DNA of 64,000 bases from Nitrospirota bacterium (GCA_046734935.1 JBKPSD010000080.1:2605-66604); one strand, 5' to 3'; numbered from the stretch's first letter, positions 1-9,581 are shown. Notes: generated by a model from the sequence alone, not told the origin. Numbers and translations: made by a program.

Positions 1-569
1 ATACGTGGGGGTCGACCAAGGATCGGCTGGAACGCCCCGACCGCATGACGTTCGATCTCGATCCCGATCCTTCCGTCACCTGGCCGCAGGTGATCGAAGC
101 CGCTCATTTGACCAAAACGCTGCTGGATGAGCTCGGACTCGTGTGCTTTCTCAAAACGACCGGCGGTAAAGGCCTCCATATCGTCACGCCCATCCAGCGG
201 ACGCTGGGATGGGACGAGGTGAAGACGTTCGCCAAACTCGTGGCCGATCATCTCGTGGCTGCCATTCCGCAGCGCTTCACGTCCAACATGGCGAAGCGGG
301 CGCGGAAAGGAAAAATTTTCATCGATTACCTTCGCAATGCGCGAGAGGCCACCGCGATTGCCGCCTATTCGACCAGGGCCAAGCCCGGTGCTCCGGTGTC
401 GACGCCGATCGCGTGGGACGAATTATCGGAAGACCTACCGTCCGACCACTTCACGGTGATGAATGTGCCGGCCAGGCTGAAGCGTCTGGCGCGCGATCCC
501 TGGCAGGCCTATGAAAGATCCGCCCGCCGCGTCACCACCGAGATGAGCCGGCGGCTGAAGCCGAACTAG
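1..569 (+). CDS. ligD: LigD polymerase/primase domain, 5'-truncated by window edge
   Basis: Frame is open from the window edge. Motifs TWGS..DRLERPDRMTFDLDPD, KTTGGKGLHI, KIFIDYLRN, AYSTRAKPGAPVSTPIAWDEL. Confidence 0.9.
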   Translation, partial: TWGSTKDRLERPDRMTFDLDPDPSVTWPQVIEAAHLTKTLLDELGLVCFLKTTGGKGLHIVTPIQRTLGWDEVKTFAKLVADHLVAAIPQRFTSNMAKRARKGKIFIDYLRNAREATAIAAYSTRAKPGAPVSTPIAWDELSEDLPSDHFTVMNVPARLKRLARDPWQAYERSARRVTTEMSRRLKPN

Positions 570-576
570 ACAAACC

Positions 577-617
577 ATATCTGAAATCTCACATTCCAAA
601 ATCCAGGTCTCAGATAT
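577..617. repeat. Heptamer-based inverted repeat (ATATCTGA...TCAGATAT), TCTCA family
   Basis: Arms at 577-584 and 610-617. AGGTCTCAGAT (605-615) is the exact reverse complement of 28592-28602. Confidence 0.6.
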
Positions 618-628
618 CGACCAACAGT

Positions 629-658
629 GTTTCGCGAATATGCGTTTCGCGAATATGC
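629..658. repeat. Perfect 15-bp tandem duplication GTTTCGCGAATATGC x2
   Basis: Units at 629-643 and 644-658; each contains the palindrome TTCGCGAA. Confidence 0.9.
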
Positions 659-757
659 CGTGTGATTTGAGCGGGGTTTCGCAGGCAGCTAGGGAGCCTC
701 TGAGTGTACAACCGTTGATGGGACGCACGAGAATCAAGTTTCACACCGAGGAATTGC

Positions 758-1891
758 GTGTCAGCTTTGGTTCAGCTTCAGCAATGCGGACAGAGTGTTT
801 GGCTCGACAACCTGACGAGGTCCATGCTTCGCAGCGGAGAGTTGCGTCGTCGAATCGACGACGAAGGCCTGACCGGAATTACCGCCAACCCGTCGACCTT
901 TGCCATTGCGCTTGCGAGCGGCGACTATGATGCGGACGTGCGGCGTCTCGCCCGGGAGGGGTATGGCACGGATGAAATCTACACCCGCCTCCTGGTAGGC
1001 GACGTGCAAGAGGCCTGCGACCTGTTGAGCGGTGTTTACCGGACGACCGCCGGGGTGGACGGATATGTCAGCCTCGAAGTCTCGCCGGGCCTCGCGCACG
1101 ATGCCGTTGGAACGATTCGCGAAGCGCGGAAATTTCGCGATCGCGTGACCCGTCCTAATCTGTTGATCAAGGTTCCCGGGACTGTCGCGGGAGTATTGGC
1201 GATTCAGCAACTGATCTACGAAGGCATTTCCGTCAATGTGACGCTGTTGTTTTCGCTGCCGGCTTATGAAGCGGTGATGGAGGCGTATTTCTCCGGACTC
1301 GAGCGTCGTTCTGCGGAACGGCGGTCAGTTCGGGACGTCACTTCGGTGGCGAGCCTTTTCGTCAGCCGCATCGACCGGCTCGTCGATCAGCTCCTCGCGC
1401 AGCGGGATCGTCCCAGCGAGGGCCGCGCCGTCTCGGCGGGCTTGCGCGGTAAGGCGGGGGTGGCGTCGGCGAAGCTGGCGTACCGGTCGTTCCGGCGCGC
1501 GTTCGGCGGAGAACGATGGGATCGCCTGGCCGTGAAGGGGGCGCTGGCCCAGCGTCCGCTCTGGGCCAGTACCAGTACCAAAGATCCTTCGTACCGCGAT
1601 GTCGTTTATGTGGAATCCCTCATCGGCCGGGACACCATCAACACGATGCCGGAACAGACGGCTCGCGCCTTCGCCGACCATGGGGTGGTCCACGCCGATG
1701 CCATTGAGCAAGGCGCGGAGGAGGCGGCGAGGGCAATTCAGGATCTCTCCGAAGCCGGAATCGATCTCCATTGCGTCGCCTGGCAGCTTGAACATGAGGG
1801 CATCAAGCAGTTCACTGACGCGTTCGACAGAGCCCACCGAGAGCTCGAGGAAAAGCGGCGACAGTCTCTGAGCACACCTGCAGCCGCCTAG
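758..1891 (+). CDS. tal: Transaldolase (long type)
   Basis: GQSVWLDNL, GITANPSTF, GYVSLEVSP, catalytic Lys in NLLIKVPGT, VNVTLLFS, QRPLWASTSTK. GTG start after GAGGA. Confidence 0.93.
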   Translation: MSALVQLQQCGQSVWLDNLTRSMLRSGELRRRIDDEGLTGITANPSTFAIALASGDYDADVRRLAREGYGTDEIYTRLLVGDVQEACDLLSGVYRTTAGVDGYVSLEVSPGLAHDAVGTIREARKFRDRVTRPNLLIKVPGTVAGVLAIQQLIYEGISVNVTLLFSLPAYEAVMEAYFSGLERRSAERRSVRDVTSVASLFVSRIDRLVDQLLAQRDRPSEGRAVSAGLRGKAGVASAKLAYRSFRRAFGGERWDRLAVKGALAQRPLWASTSTKDPSYRDVVYVESLIGRDTINTMPEQTARAFADHGVVHADAIEQGAEEAARAIQDLSEAGIDLHCVAWQLEHEGIKQFTDAFDRAHRELEEKRRQSLSTPAAA

Positions 1892-1917
1892 CGTAGAAAC
1901 ATCTCAAGGAGGAAGCG

Positions 1918-2943
1918 ATGAGAGTCGCAATCAATGGACTCGGGCGCATCGGACGCGCCCTGTTCAAGATCCTCATGGCGAATCCTGAACTGGAGGTCGC
2001 CGCGGTCAATGATTTGACCGCGGCCGATAACCTTGCCTATTTATTGAACCACGATACGGTATACGGGCGCTATGCGAATCGCGTCACGGCGCGCGACCAT
2101 TCTCTATTCGTGGCCGACCGGTCGTATCCCGTGTTTGCGGAGCCGGAGCCTTCACGTCTGCCATGGGCCGGTCTGGGCGTAGACCTGGTCTTCGAATGCA
2201 CCGGCCGTTTCAACAGACGGAACGAGCTCGCAACACATCTGGAGGCGGGGGCCAAGCGAGTGATGCTGTCGGCGCCTGCCGTGGACGACGAAATCCCCAC
2301 GGTGGTGTTCGGCGTCAATGTCTACGATGAAAAGCGCGGTCCGCTTCTGTCCTGCGCGAGCTGTACGACGAACTGTGTGGCGCCGATCCTCGAAATCATC
2401 AGCCGGCGAGTTGGCCTCAGGAAAGCGATCATGAATACGGTGCATGCGTATACCGCCAGCCAGGGGCTTGTGGACGGCCCGAACCCCAAGATGCGGCGAG
2501 GACGCGCTGGCGCCGCCAATCTCGTGCCCTCTACGACGGGCGCTGCCACGGCCGCTGCGCGCGCCTTACCCGAGCTGCGTGGACGCTTTCAAGGGACCGC
2601 CGTGAGGGCGCCCGTGCCGGTCTGCTCGCTATGCGATGTGGTCGTGCTGACGGAGCGTCGGACATCGGTCGAGGAAATAAACGGATTGTTCCTCGAGGAA
2701 GCAAGGAGCGAACGTTATGAAGGGGTGGTCGGCGTCACCGAGGATCCCGTGGTCTCCTCGGACATCATTCAGGATCCGCGCGCATCGATCGTCGATCGCG
2801 AGATGACCCAGGTGGTCGACGGCGATCTCGTCAAGGTCATGAGCTGGTATGACAACGAGTGGGGCTATGCGAGCCAAATGGTTCGTCAGGCAGTGACGAT
2901 GGCCCAGATCGTGCCTGTCGAGCCGGCGCTCCGTGCAAACTAG
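1918..2943 (+). CDS. gap: Type I glyceraldehyde-3-phosphate dehydrogenase
   Basis: VAINGLGRIGR, FECTG, ASCTTNC active site, PSTTGAA, SWYDNEWGY. AGGAGG RBS. Confidence 0.95.
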   Translation: MRVAINGLGRIGRALFKILMANPELEVAAVNDLTAADNLAYLLNHDTVYGRYANRVTARDHSLFVADRSYPVFAEPEPSRLPWAGLGVDLVFECTGRFNRRNELATHLEAGAKRVMLSAPAVDDEIPTVVFGVNVYDEKRGPLLSCASCTTNCVAPILEIISRRVGLRKAIMNTVHAYTASQGLVDGPNPKMRRGRAGAANLVPSTTGAATAAARALPELRGRFQGTAVRAPVPVCSLCDVVVLTERRTSVEEINGLFLEEARSERYEGVVGVTEDPVVSSDIIQDPRASIVDREMTQVVDGDLVKVMSWYDNEWGYASQMVRQAVTMAQIVPVEPALRAN

Positions 2944-2970
2944 TTGTTCTACAAAGCAGAGAATCAGTCG

Positions 2971-3006
2971 GCTGAGTGCTGACGATGCGTTCAGTCAGCA
3001 CTCAGC
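2971..3006. terminator. Perfect 13-bp inverted repeat between convergent gap and GT4 genes
   Basis: GCTGAGTGCTGAC (2971-2983), 10-nt loop, GTCAGCACTCAGC (2994-3006). No U-tract, so a terminator role is inferred from position only. Confidence 0.55.
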
Positions 3007-3014
3007 AGTGATGG

Positions 3015-4145
3015 CTAGGCGACGTCGGTCTGCGGCGTCAGCGTGTGGACTGCGCCCGCACGGCCATGGCCGGTGGAAGCGGTCCGAGAATGGGAGACGA
3101 GCCGTGGGCGATGGTAAGCGCTGACCATGCTTTCGTAAATGGCCACATAGTCCTGCACCATCCGCTCCACCGTGAATCGCTTCTCGAAGATTTCCCTGCA
3201 ATGCCTGCGGTCGATGAGCGGAAGGCCTGCCACCGCCTGCGCCATTTCGCTGATGCCGTCACAAATGTACCCGGTCACGCCGTGATCGATGATCTCGGGG
3301 ATCGATCCCTGACGGTACGCGAGGACAGGAGTTCCGCAGGCCATGGCTTCAATGAGCACGAGGCCGAACGGTTCCGGCCAATCGTACGGACAGAGCAAGG
3401 CGGCCGCTTCGCCCAGAAAATCGTTCTTTTCGGCGTCGTTGATTTCGCCGACGTATTCGATCAGCGGATGGTCGAGCAGGCGTTCGATCTTTTGTTTAAA
3501 GTAGGCGTGGTCTGCGGGATCCACCTTTGCAGCGATTCGCAGGGGCATGCCGACACGCTTAGCCACCTCAATCGCATGATCGGGGCACTTCTCGGGCGAT
3601 ATGCGCCCCAGGAATGCCAGATACGACCCCGGACGGTCATGCGGCGTGTACAACGTTTTGGGAATGCCGTGGTAGACGGTCCCGGCCCAATTGGCCTGCG
3701 GCAGAGGTTTGCGCTGGGCGTTGGAAATCGAAACGACGGGCATTTCGGCGTACTCGTCGAAGATCGGCTGGAGTTCCGGTAAGTCGAGCCGCCCGTGCAG
3801 AGTGGTCACGACCGGCGCATGTGCGCGACGGCTCAAGGGAAAGCTGAGGAAATCCAGATGCGAGTGGATGATGTCGTATTCGCCGGAAGAAGCCCCAAGC
3901 GCCTGTTCCTGCATGAGCACCAAGGGGGCATCCCGATTGCTGAAACCGGTTTCGTGGAGACGAAGAGCCCGCGGACAGGCCGCCTTGAGTTCGGCGCCCG
4001 TCTTGGAGTCCCCGCTCGCGAACAGCGTGACCTCATGGCCTTGGCGGACCAATTCCTCAGTCACGTAAGACACAATCCGTTCGGTTCCACCGTAAAGCTG
4101 GGGTGGGACACTTTCCCAGAGCGGGGACAACTGAGCGATCTTCAT
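3015..4145 (-). CDS. Glycosyltransferase family 4
   Basis: MKIAQLSPLWESVPPQLYGGTERIV, FLGRISPEK, EPFGLVLIEAMACGTPV. Start placed at the Met matching the family N-terminus. Confidence 0.9.
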   Translation of the reverse strand: MKIAQLSPLWESVPPQLYGGTERIVSYVTEELVRQGHEVTLFASGDSKTGAELKAACPRALRLHETGFSNRDAPLVLMQEQALGASSGEYDIIHSHLDFLSFPLSRRAHAPVVTTLHGRLDLPELQPIFDEYAEMPVVSISNAQRKPLPQANWAGTVYHGIPKTLYTPHDRPGSYLAFLGRISPEKCPDHAIEVAKRVGMPLRIAAKVDPADHAYFKQKIERLLDHPLIEYVGEINDAEKNDFLGEAAALLCPYDWPEPFGLVLIEAMACGTPVLAYRQGSIPEIIDHGVTGYICDGISEMAQAVAGLPLIDRRHCREIFEKRFTVERMVQDYVAIYESMVSAYHRPRLVSHSRTASTGHGRAGAVHTLTPQTDVA

Positions 4146-4390
4146 GTTTGTGATCCTTTCTATTAGAAAATCGGGAAGGTGAGGATGCTTTACTATGGCG
4201 AAGAGCAAGCCTGACTCGAACTAGGGGAATTTCCAGTCAACCACCCCTTGTCCACCCTGGCGGCAAGGCGATTTGTCCCCTTGAGTGCCGCTCCGCAGTT
4301 CTCCCGACGCGCCGTCAGGGATTCTCCCCCCCAGTTTCAGTGACATCACGGATAGCCCGCATCTGCGGTATTCGTTACTGTGAGCCACAA

Positions 4391-4436
4391 CAGGGGACGA
4401 AAGGCCCCTGCGGCTAGGCAGATGCCGAGCCGTTTT
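4391..4436 (+). promoter_or_regulatory. Two stacked hairpins in the EPS operon leader: a GAAA-loop hairpin, then a hairpin with a T-tract
   Basis: CAGGGGAC-GAAA-GGCCCCTG (4391-4410, one mismatch); CGGCT-a-GGC-agat-GCC-g-AGCCG-TTTT (4411-4436). Confidence 0.45.
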
Positions 4437-4507
4437 GATCAAGGCGCAGCTGGTCCGGTCGCAAATGGAAACCGGCGGTTGCGATTACAGGCAATGGAGG
4501 TTTCGGG

Positions 4508-5086
4508 ATGGGGAACCATGGCCAAACCGAAGGGGGCGGAGCCCTTCCACTTCTCGCCGCCGCGGTGTCCGAACAGGCCGCAGGTCGTCCCCCCTGGTAT
4601 GCCCTCTGGACGCACAGCCATTGCGAACAGCTCGTGAGAGGACAGCTCGACGCGCGAGGGTTCGAAGTGTTTTTGCCGACCATCGGTGTATGGTCCTGGC
4701 GTGCGGGCGTGAAGCATCGGATTCGCCGCCCGTTGTTTCCGGGCTATCTGTTTGTCAGGGACCAGCTTTCCGGCGCCCGCTACGTCGAGCTGTTGAAGGC
4801 GAGGGGGCTCGTAGGTGTGTTGGGCGGACAAGATGGAAGTCCCGGAGAAATTCCGGAAGGGGAAATCGACGCCATCCGCATGCTCGTCAATTCGGAGCTG
4901 CCGGCGTCGCCCTATCCTTATCTTCAGACCGGCCAGCGGGTGCGTATCAACGAGGGACCGTTGACCGGAGTCGAGGGGATTCTCGTGGACCGGCGCTCGG
5001 GCAAGGGCCTGCTGGTGTTGTCGGTCCATCTGTTCCGCCGCAGTGTCGCCGTCGAAGTGGATTGTACATCCGCTGTTGCCGCGTGA
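4508..5086 (+). CDS. NusG-family specialised antiterminator (UpxY/LoaP/RfaH-like)
   Basis: WYALWT, FLP, RPLFPGYLFV NGN motif and KOW motif GQRVRINEGPLTGVEG. First gene of the polysaccharide operon. Confidence 0.9.
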   Translation: MGNHGQTEGGGALPLLAAAVSEQAAGRPPWYALWTHSHCEQLVRGQLDARGFEVFLPTIGVWSWRAGVKHRIRRPLFPGYLFVRDQLSGARYVELLKARGLVGVLGGQDGSPGEIPEGEIDAIRMLVNSELPASPYPYLQTGQRVRINEGPLTGVEGILVDRRSGKGLLVLSVHLFRRSVAVEVDCTSAVAA

Positions 5087-5128
5087 CGGCCCATGCGTTG
5101 GTGGGCTGCCAGAGGCAGGAGCGTCGCC

Positions 5129-6379
5129 ATGCGGGGAATCCGCCTGGCCTATTGGGGCCTGCTGGTATCTATGTTGCTCAACCCGAACACCGTCTCCGCA
5201 CAGCTGCTGCAGGGCATTCCGCGTTCACCGATCGAAACCATGAGCGGATCCAGCGAGCGCATGCCCGAGGGCGTCTACATCATGCCCTGGGTGGCGACAG
5301 GCGTGGTGTATGACGACAACGTGTTCTTCGCGCCAAGAAACCTCAAGCAGGACGATGTGTTTCTCCGCGTGACGCCGGGCTTGCAGGGCAGCTACCAGTC
5401 GACGCCGCTGACCGTCATCGCCAATTACCGGTTTGATTCGGAGGTCTACAACAAGTTCACGAGTCTATCCACCGTCCAGCAGCGGCAATTCGGCACGGTC
5501 GAGTTGCGCGGACGTCCATCGAACAATCTCAATCTGAATGGCATCATGGGATACGCGCAGACCCGCACACCCTTCGAATTGAATTTTCTGACGTCGGCGC
5601 AGACCGCGCGCATCAAGACCGAGCGGGTGTTCGTGAATCCGAGCGCCGAATACCGGCTCGATGCCCTCACACGCCTGACGGGCGACTACGGCTATTCAAA
5701 GGACATTTTTGCCGACAATATTTCGATCGACTCTCACATTTTCCGTCTTGGGGCCGAACGCCGGGTGGGGGTGCACGATTGGATCGGCCCGGCGTATGTC
5801 GGACGTCACTTTACGTTCGGAGGCGATTTCAGCACCACGACGCCGGGATTCATCGGGGGCAACCCCGACCCCGTGACCTCTCATGCGCTCCTGGCATCAT
5901 GGACCCATGAGTTTACGGCCGACACTCGGCTGGACGTTCGGGCCGGCCCACGCCTGACGGATGGCAAGCTTGACGACCGTCCGGAAGCGTTCGTCGGCAT
6001 CCGGCGCCGCATCCAGAACGGCGAAATCGGATTGGCCTACACCAGCGCGCTTACGACCATCATCGGGACGGTGGGCGCCTCCAGGACCGACAGCGTGCAG
6101 CTGCGGTTCGTCTATGAACCCGTGCGGCATCTGACGTTTACACTCCAGCCGACGGCCGCCTGGATTCAGAGCACGACCTTCTCATCCACCGTGTATACGG
6201 CCTATGTCGAGGCGGCGTATCAATTCAATAAATATGTGACGGCCAAGGGATCGGCGTATTTCAGCTATCAGGAGAGCGATTTCGTCGCGACGGACGGGAC
6301 GGATACGAGTGTGATCATTCCGCGCAATGTGTACTGGCTGCGGCTCGAATTCACTTATCCCACGCGGTGGGACTATTGA
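5129..6379 (+). CDS. Polysaccharide-associated outer-membrane beta-barrel protein
   Basis: Signal peptide, YDDNVF motif, alternating amphipathic strands, aromatic C-terminus (LEFTYPTRWDY). AGGAG RBS before 5129. Confidence 0.75.
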   Translation: MRGIRLAYWGLLVSMLLNPNTVSAQLLQGIPRSPIETMSGSSERMPEGVYIMPWVATGVVYDDNVFFAPRNLKQDDVFLRVTPGLQGSYQSTPLTVIANYRFDSEVYNKFTSLSTVQQRQFGTVELRGRPSNNLNLNGIMGYAQTRTPFELNFLTSAQTARIKTERVFVNPSAEYRLDALTRLTGDYGYSKDIFADNISIDSHIFRLGAERRVGVHDWIGPAYVGRHFTFGGDFSTTTPGFIGGNPDPVTSHALLASWTHEFTADTRLDVRAGPRLTDGKLDDRPEAFVGIRRRIQNGEIGLAYTSALTTIIGTVGASRTDSVQLRFVYEPVRHLTFTLQPTAAWIQSTTFSSTVYTAYVEAAYQFNKYVTAKGSAYFSYQESDFVATDGTDTSVIIPRNVYWLRLEFTYPTRWDY

Positions 6380-6393
6380 ACCGGAGGTTTCAC

Positions 6394-7026
6394 ATGATGA
6401 TACGACTGGTCATAGGGATTAGTTGCGCAATGTTGTGGGCGGGCAGTGCGTTCGCCACCGAAACGGCGTCCGTGTCGAAGGACCAGCCGCCGGTGAACAC
6501 GATGTCGGACGGCGATCATTCAGTGGCCGGGACCCAGGAGGTGGGCGAGTACCGGATCGGGCCGGAGGATATGCTGGACATCTCGGTGTGGAACAACAGC
6601 GCTATCAGCCGGACGGTTCCCGTCAGGCCGGACGGGAAGATCTCGCTTCCGCTGGTCAACGACGTCCAGGCGGCCGGGTTGACGCCGAACCAACTCCGCA
6701 GTGTGCTCCTCAAAAAGCTGGCCGAATATGTGCCGTCGCCGGAGGTATCGGTGATCGTGCGCGAAGTGCACAGCTTCAAAGTGTCCGTCATCGGAGAAGT
6801 CAAGAAGACGGGCAGGCACGAGCTGAAAGGGCGCGCCACCGTGCTCGATATTCTGGCAATGGCGGAAGGCTTCGGTGAATTCGCCGGCCGAGGGCGGATC
6901 GTGGTCCTGCGTCCCGAAGGAAAAACCATGCGCCAGATTCCGTTCAATTACAACAAAGTCATGTCGAGCAACGGCGCCTTGGAGAACTTCTTCCTACAAC
7001 CGGGCGACATTATCGTCGTCCCCTAA
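6394..7026 (+). CDS. Short OPX/Wza-family polysaccharide export protein
   Basis: YRIGPEDMLDISVW, VRPDGKISLPLVNDVQAAGLT, one SLBB domain, ends LQPGDIIVVP with no membrane helix. Confidence 0.9.
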   Translation: MMIRLVIGISCAMLWAGSAFATETASVSKDQPPVNTMSDGDHSVAGTQEVGEYRIGPEDMLDISVWNNSAISRTVPVRPDGKISLPLVNDVQAAGLTPNQLRSVLLKKLAEYVPSPEVSVIVREVHSFKVSVIGEVKKTGRHELKGRATVLDILAMAEGFGEFAGRGRIVVLRPEGKTMRQIPFNYNKVMSSNGALENFFLQPGDIIVVP

Positions 7027-7041
7027 CCGGTCGGAGGGAGT

Positions 7042-8643
7042 ATGCAAGACCACGACAGACGATCGATTGCAGGCTTAGCGGCCGAGGTCTGGCGGCGCAG
7101 AAAATGGCTCGGGGTCGTCCTGTTCACGATGCCCGCCGCCGCCTTACTGAGTGTGGCGATGAATCTGCCCAACCTTTACAGTTCGACGGCCACCGTGCTG
7201 GTCGAGCAACAGCAGATTCCCGAGGGATTTGTGAAGTCGTCGGTTACGGGTGAAGCCGACACTCGTCTGAATCTGATCCGGGAGAAGCTGTTGAACCGGT
7301 CGGGGCTGCTCGAGCTGATTTCGAAGTTCGATCTCTATCCCGACCTGCGGAAGAAGGCCGCCGAAGAAGCCGTGGTGGACCGCATGCGGAAGGATATCGT
7401 GCTCGAGTTGAAAGAACTGCAACGCCAGGTCTATGGGCGGGACGGCACGTTCGGGTTCAAGGTGAGCTATCGCGGGCGGGATCCAGAGACCGTGGCGAAC
7501 GTGGCGAACACGCTGGCTACGCAATATGTCGAAGAGAATCTCAAGATGCGGACGCATCAGGCCGGTGAAACCACTCTGCTCCTGAAAAGGCAGCTGGACG
7601 ACATCAAGCGGCGTCACGAGGACGACGAACGCAAGATCGCTGCGTTTAAACAGCGTCATATGGGTGAATTGCCGGAACAGATCGACGTCAATCTGTCCAC
7701 GCTCGGCAGGCTGAATCAGGAACTCGCGTCGAACAGCGAGCATCAGATGCGGGTCCTGGAGCGAAGGGAACGGCTGGGGAAGCAGCTCTTTGACCTCAAC
7801 TCCGGCGCCCCTGCCGCTTCCGTCTACAATCCGGATTCGATGACTCATCATCTGGAAAAACTGCGGACGGAGTTGACGGAACTGCGAACGAGAGCCAGCG
7901 CCAAGCACCCCGATGTGATTCGCGTTCAGGGTGAAATCGCGGCGATCGAAAAGGCTTTGGCGGAAACCGCGAAAGAAGCCCATCTCGATCCCGCTCAGTC
8001 GGCTGCGCTCCTGTCCAGTCCGGACGATATTAAGCACGCCCTGCGGGAACTCGACCACGAGCTGAAAAATCTGAAATCGGAGGAACAGCGATTGCGGAGC
8101 GAAGCGGCCTCCATTCAGCGGCGGGTCGAACGCTCCCCGCAGCATGCCCAGGAGTTCCAGCAGCTCGAGCGCGATTACAAGATGACCAAGGACCTCTACT
8201 TCTCCGTACTTCAGCGGTATGAGGACGCCCAACTGGCCGAGACGATGGAACAGGCGAAGCACGTGGGGCAGATGCGGATTGTCGATCCCGCCATGCCGTC
8301 CAGGGCTCCTGTGGCTCCCAACCGGCTCAAGCTGATGCTGGGCGCATTGGCGCTGTCGTTCGCTCTGGCAATCGGCGGCATGATGATGGCCGAGCATCGC
8401 GACCAGTCCTTCCACGACGTGGAGAGCCTCAGAGCCTTCACCAAGGTCCCGATTCTCGTGCGAGTGCCCGCGATCGTCACCAAGGCCGACCGCTTGCGCA
8501 ATTACCGGCGCTCGACCATGAGGGCCTTCGCATCGGTGATCGGTCTCGTATTCATCATCGGGGCGTTCTCCTATCTCGCTTATGACAACGAACAGCTGGT
8601 CTGGATGTTCAGCGAAGGGCGGGCGCCGCAGCAAACCCGTTGA
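7042..8643 (+). CDS. Polysaccharide co-polymerase (Wzc/GumC periplasmic part)
   Basis: N-terminal TM + LPNLYSSTATVLV, coiled coils, KHPDVI, IVDPAMPSRAPVAPNR before the C-terminal TMs. Confidence 0.9.
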   Translation: MQDHDRRSIAGLAAEVWRRRKWLGVVLFTMPAAALLSVAMNLPNLYSSTATVLVEQQQIPEGFVKSSVTGEADTRLNLIREKLLNRSGLLELISKFDLYPDLRKKAAEEAVVDRMRKDIVLELKELQRQVYGRDGTFGFKVSYRGRDPETVANVANTLATQYVEENLKMRTHQAGETTLLLKRQLDDIKRRHEDDERKIAAFKQRHMGELPEQIDVNLSTLGRLNQELASNSEHQMRVLERRERLGKQLFDLNSGAPAASVYNPDSMTHHLEKLRTELTELRTRASAKHPDVIRVQGEIAAIEKALAETAKEAHLDPAQSAALLSSPDDIKHALRELDHELKNLKSEEQRLRSEAASIQRRVERSPQHAQEFQQLERDYKMTKDLYFSVLQRYEDAQLAETMEQAKHVGQMRIVDPAMPSRAPVAPNRLKLMLGALALSFALAIGGMMMAEHRDQSFHDVESLRAFTKVPILVRVPAIVTKADRLRNYRRSTMRAFASVIGLVFIIGAFSYLAYDNEQLVWMFSEGRAPQQTR

Positions 8644-8675
8644 GGACTGCTGTCCTCTTTCGAAGGAATGACGCT

Positions 8676-9515
8676 ATGAAAGAACATATGAAGCCTGTCT
8701 TACGGACGTCGCCCCTGGAGCCGCACCCATCGGCGAACTACGGCCATGTGGAGACCCGAGCGGAAGCGGTTCCGATCATGGAAAAGGCCGCCATTCGGTC
8801 AAAGCCGGACGATCGGCTGGTGAGTCTCGTGTCGCCGGCCACGATCGAAGCGGAACAGTACCGGACGCTCGGCATGATGCTCGAACAACGGCGTCACTCA
8901 GGCCTTCTTCAGGTCGTGGCGGTGTCCAGTCCGACGATGGGAGACGGAAAAACGGTGACGTCCATCAACCTGGCAGGCGCTCTCGCGCAGTCACCGCAAG
9001 CCCGCGTGCTGCTGATTGATGCCGATTTCCGGAAGCCGTCGGTCCCTACCCAGATGGGCCTGCGTGACGGCGCCGTCCTTGGACTGCGTGATGCGATCCT
9101 AAATCCGAACCTCGCATTCAAAGACATCGTACGGCGGCTGCCCGCATACAATCTGTCGGTGGCGACGGTCGGCCGGGCGCAAATCATGCCCCACGAGATT
9201 TTCAAATCCACGCGGTTCGCAGAATTGATCGATGAAGCGCGCCGTGACTTTGAATGGATCATTCTCGATACCGCTCCGCTGGTGCTGGCCCCTGACTGCC
9301 TGATGATGGGCCGGAGTGTGGACGGGTTCGTGATGATCGTCTCCGCTCACAAGACCTCCCGAAAGGAAATCGCCGAAGCCTTGAACATCATAGGTCCATC
9401 GAAGCTCCTTGGCCTCGTCTTCAACAACGACGACGGTCTCCTGGAATCGTACGGCTATCGAACCTATCTCTCCGTCGCTCAAGCGCAGCAGGAAGAGCTC
9501 ACACGGCAGGATTGA
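8676..9515 (+). CDS. CpsD/CapB-type bacterial tyrosine kinase
   Basis: EQYRTL, Walker A SSPTMGDGKT, LLIDADFRKP, IILDTAP, LGLVFN, short Tyr tail (YGYRTY). Confidence 0.9.
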   Translation: MKEHMKPVLRTSPLEPHPSANYGHVETRAEAVPIMEKAAIRSKPDDRLVSLVSPATIEAEQYRTLGMMLEQRRHSGLLQVVAVSSPTMGDGKTVTSINLAGALAQSPQARVLLIDADFRKPSVPTQMGLRDGAVLGLRDAILNPNLAFKDIVRRLPAYNLSVATVGRAQIMPHEIFKSTRFAELIDEARRDFEWIILDTAPLVLAPDCLMMGRSVDGFVMIVSAHKTSRKEIAEALNIIGPSKLLGLVFNNDDGLLESYGYRTYLSVAQAQQEELTRQD

Positions 9516-9581
9516 GCAATGAGAGCGCACGATGACAAGCGGGCATATTCACATTTCACTGAGGGGCGCTAGGTAGGCACT

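Noticed and set aside
577-658. Short repeats as a possible CRISPR or IS end
   Set aside because: No repeat-spacer periodicity, and no cas or transposase genes anywhere in the window.
7144-8634. 496-aa ORF antisense to the co-polymerase
   Set aside because: Shadow ORF of a GC-rich gene; no recognisable motifs, and the + strand gene is clearly real.
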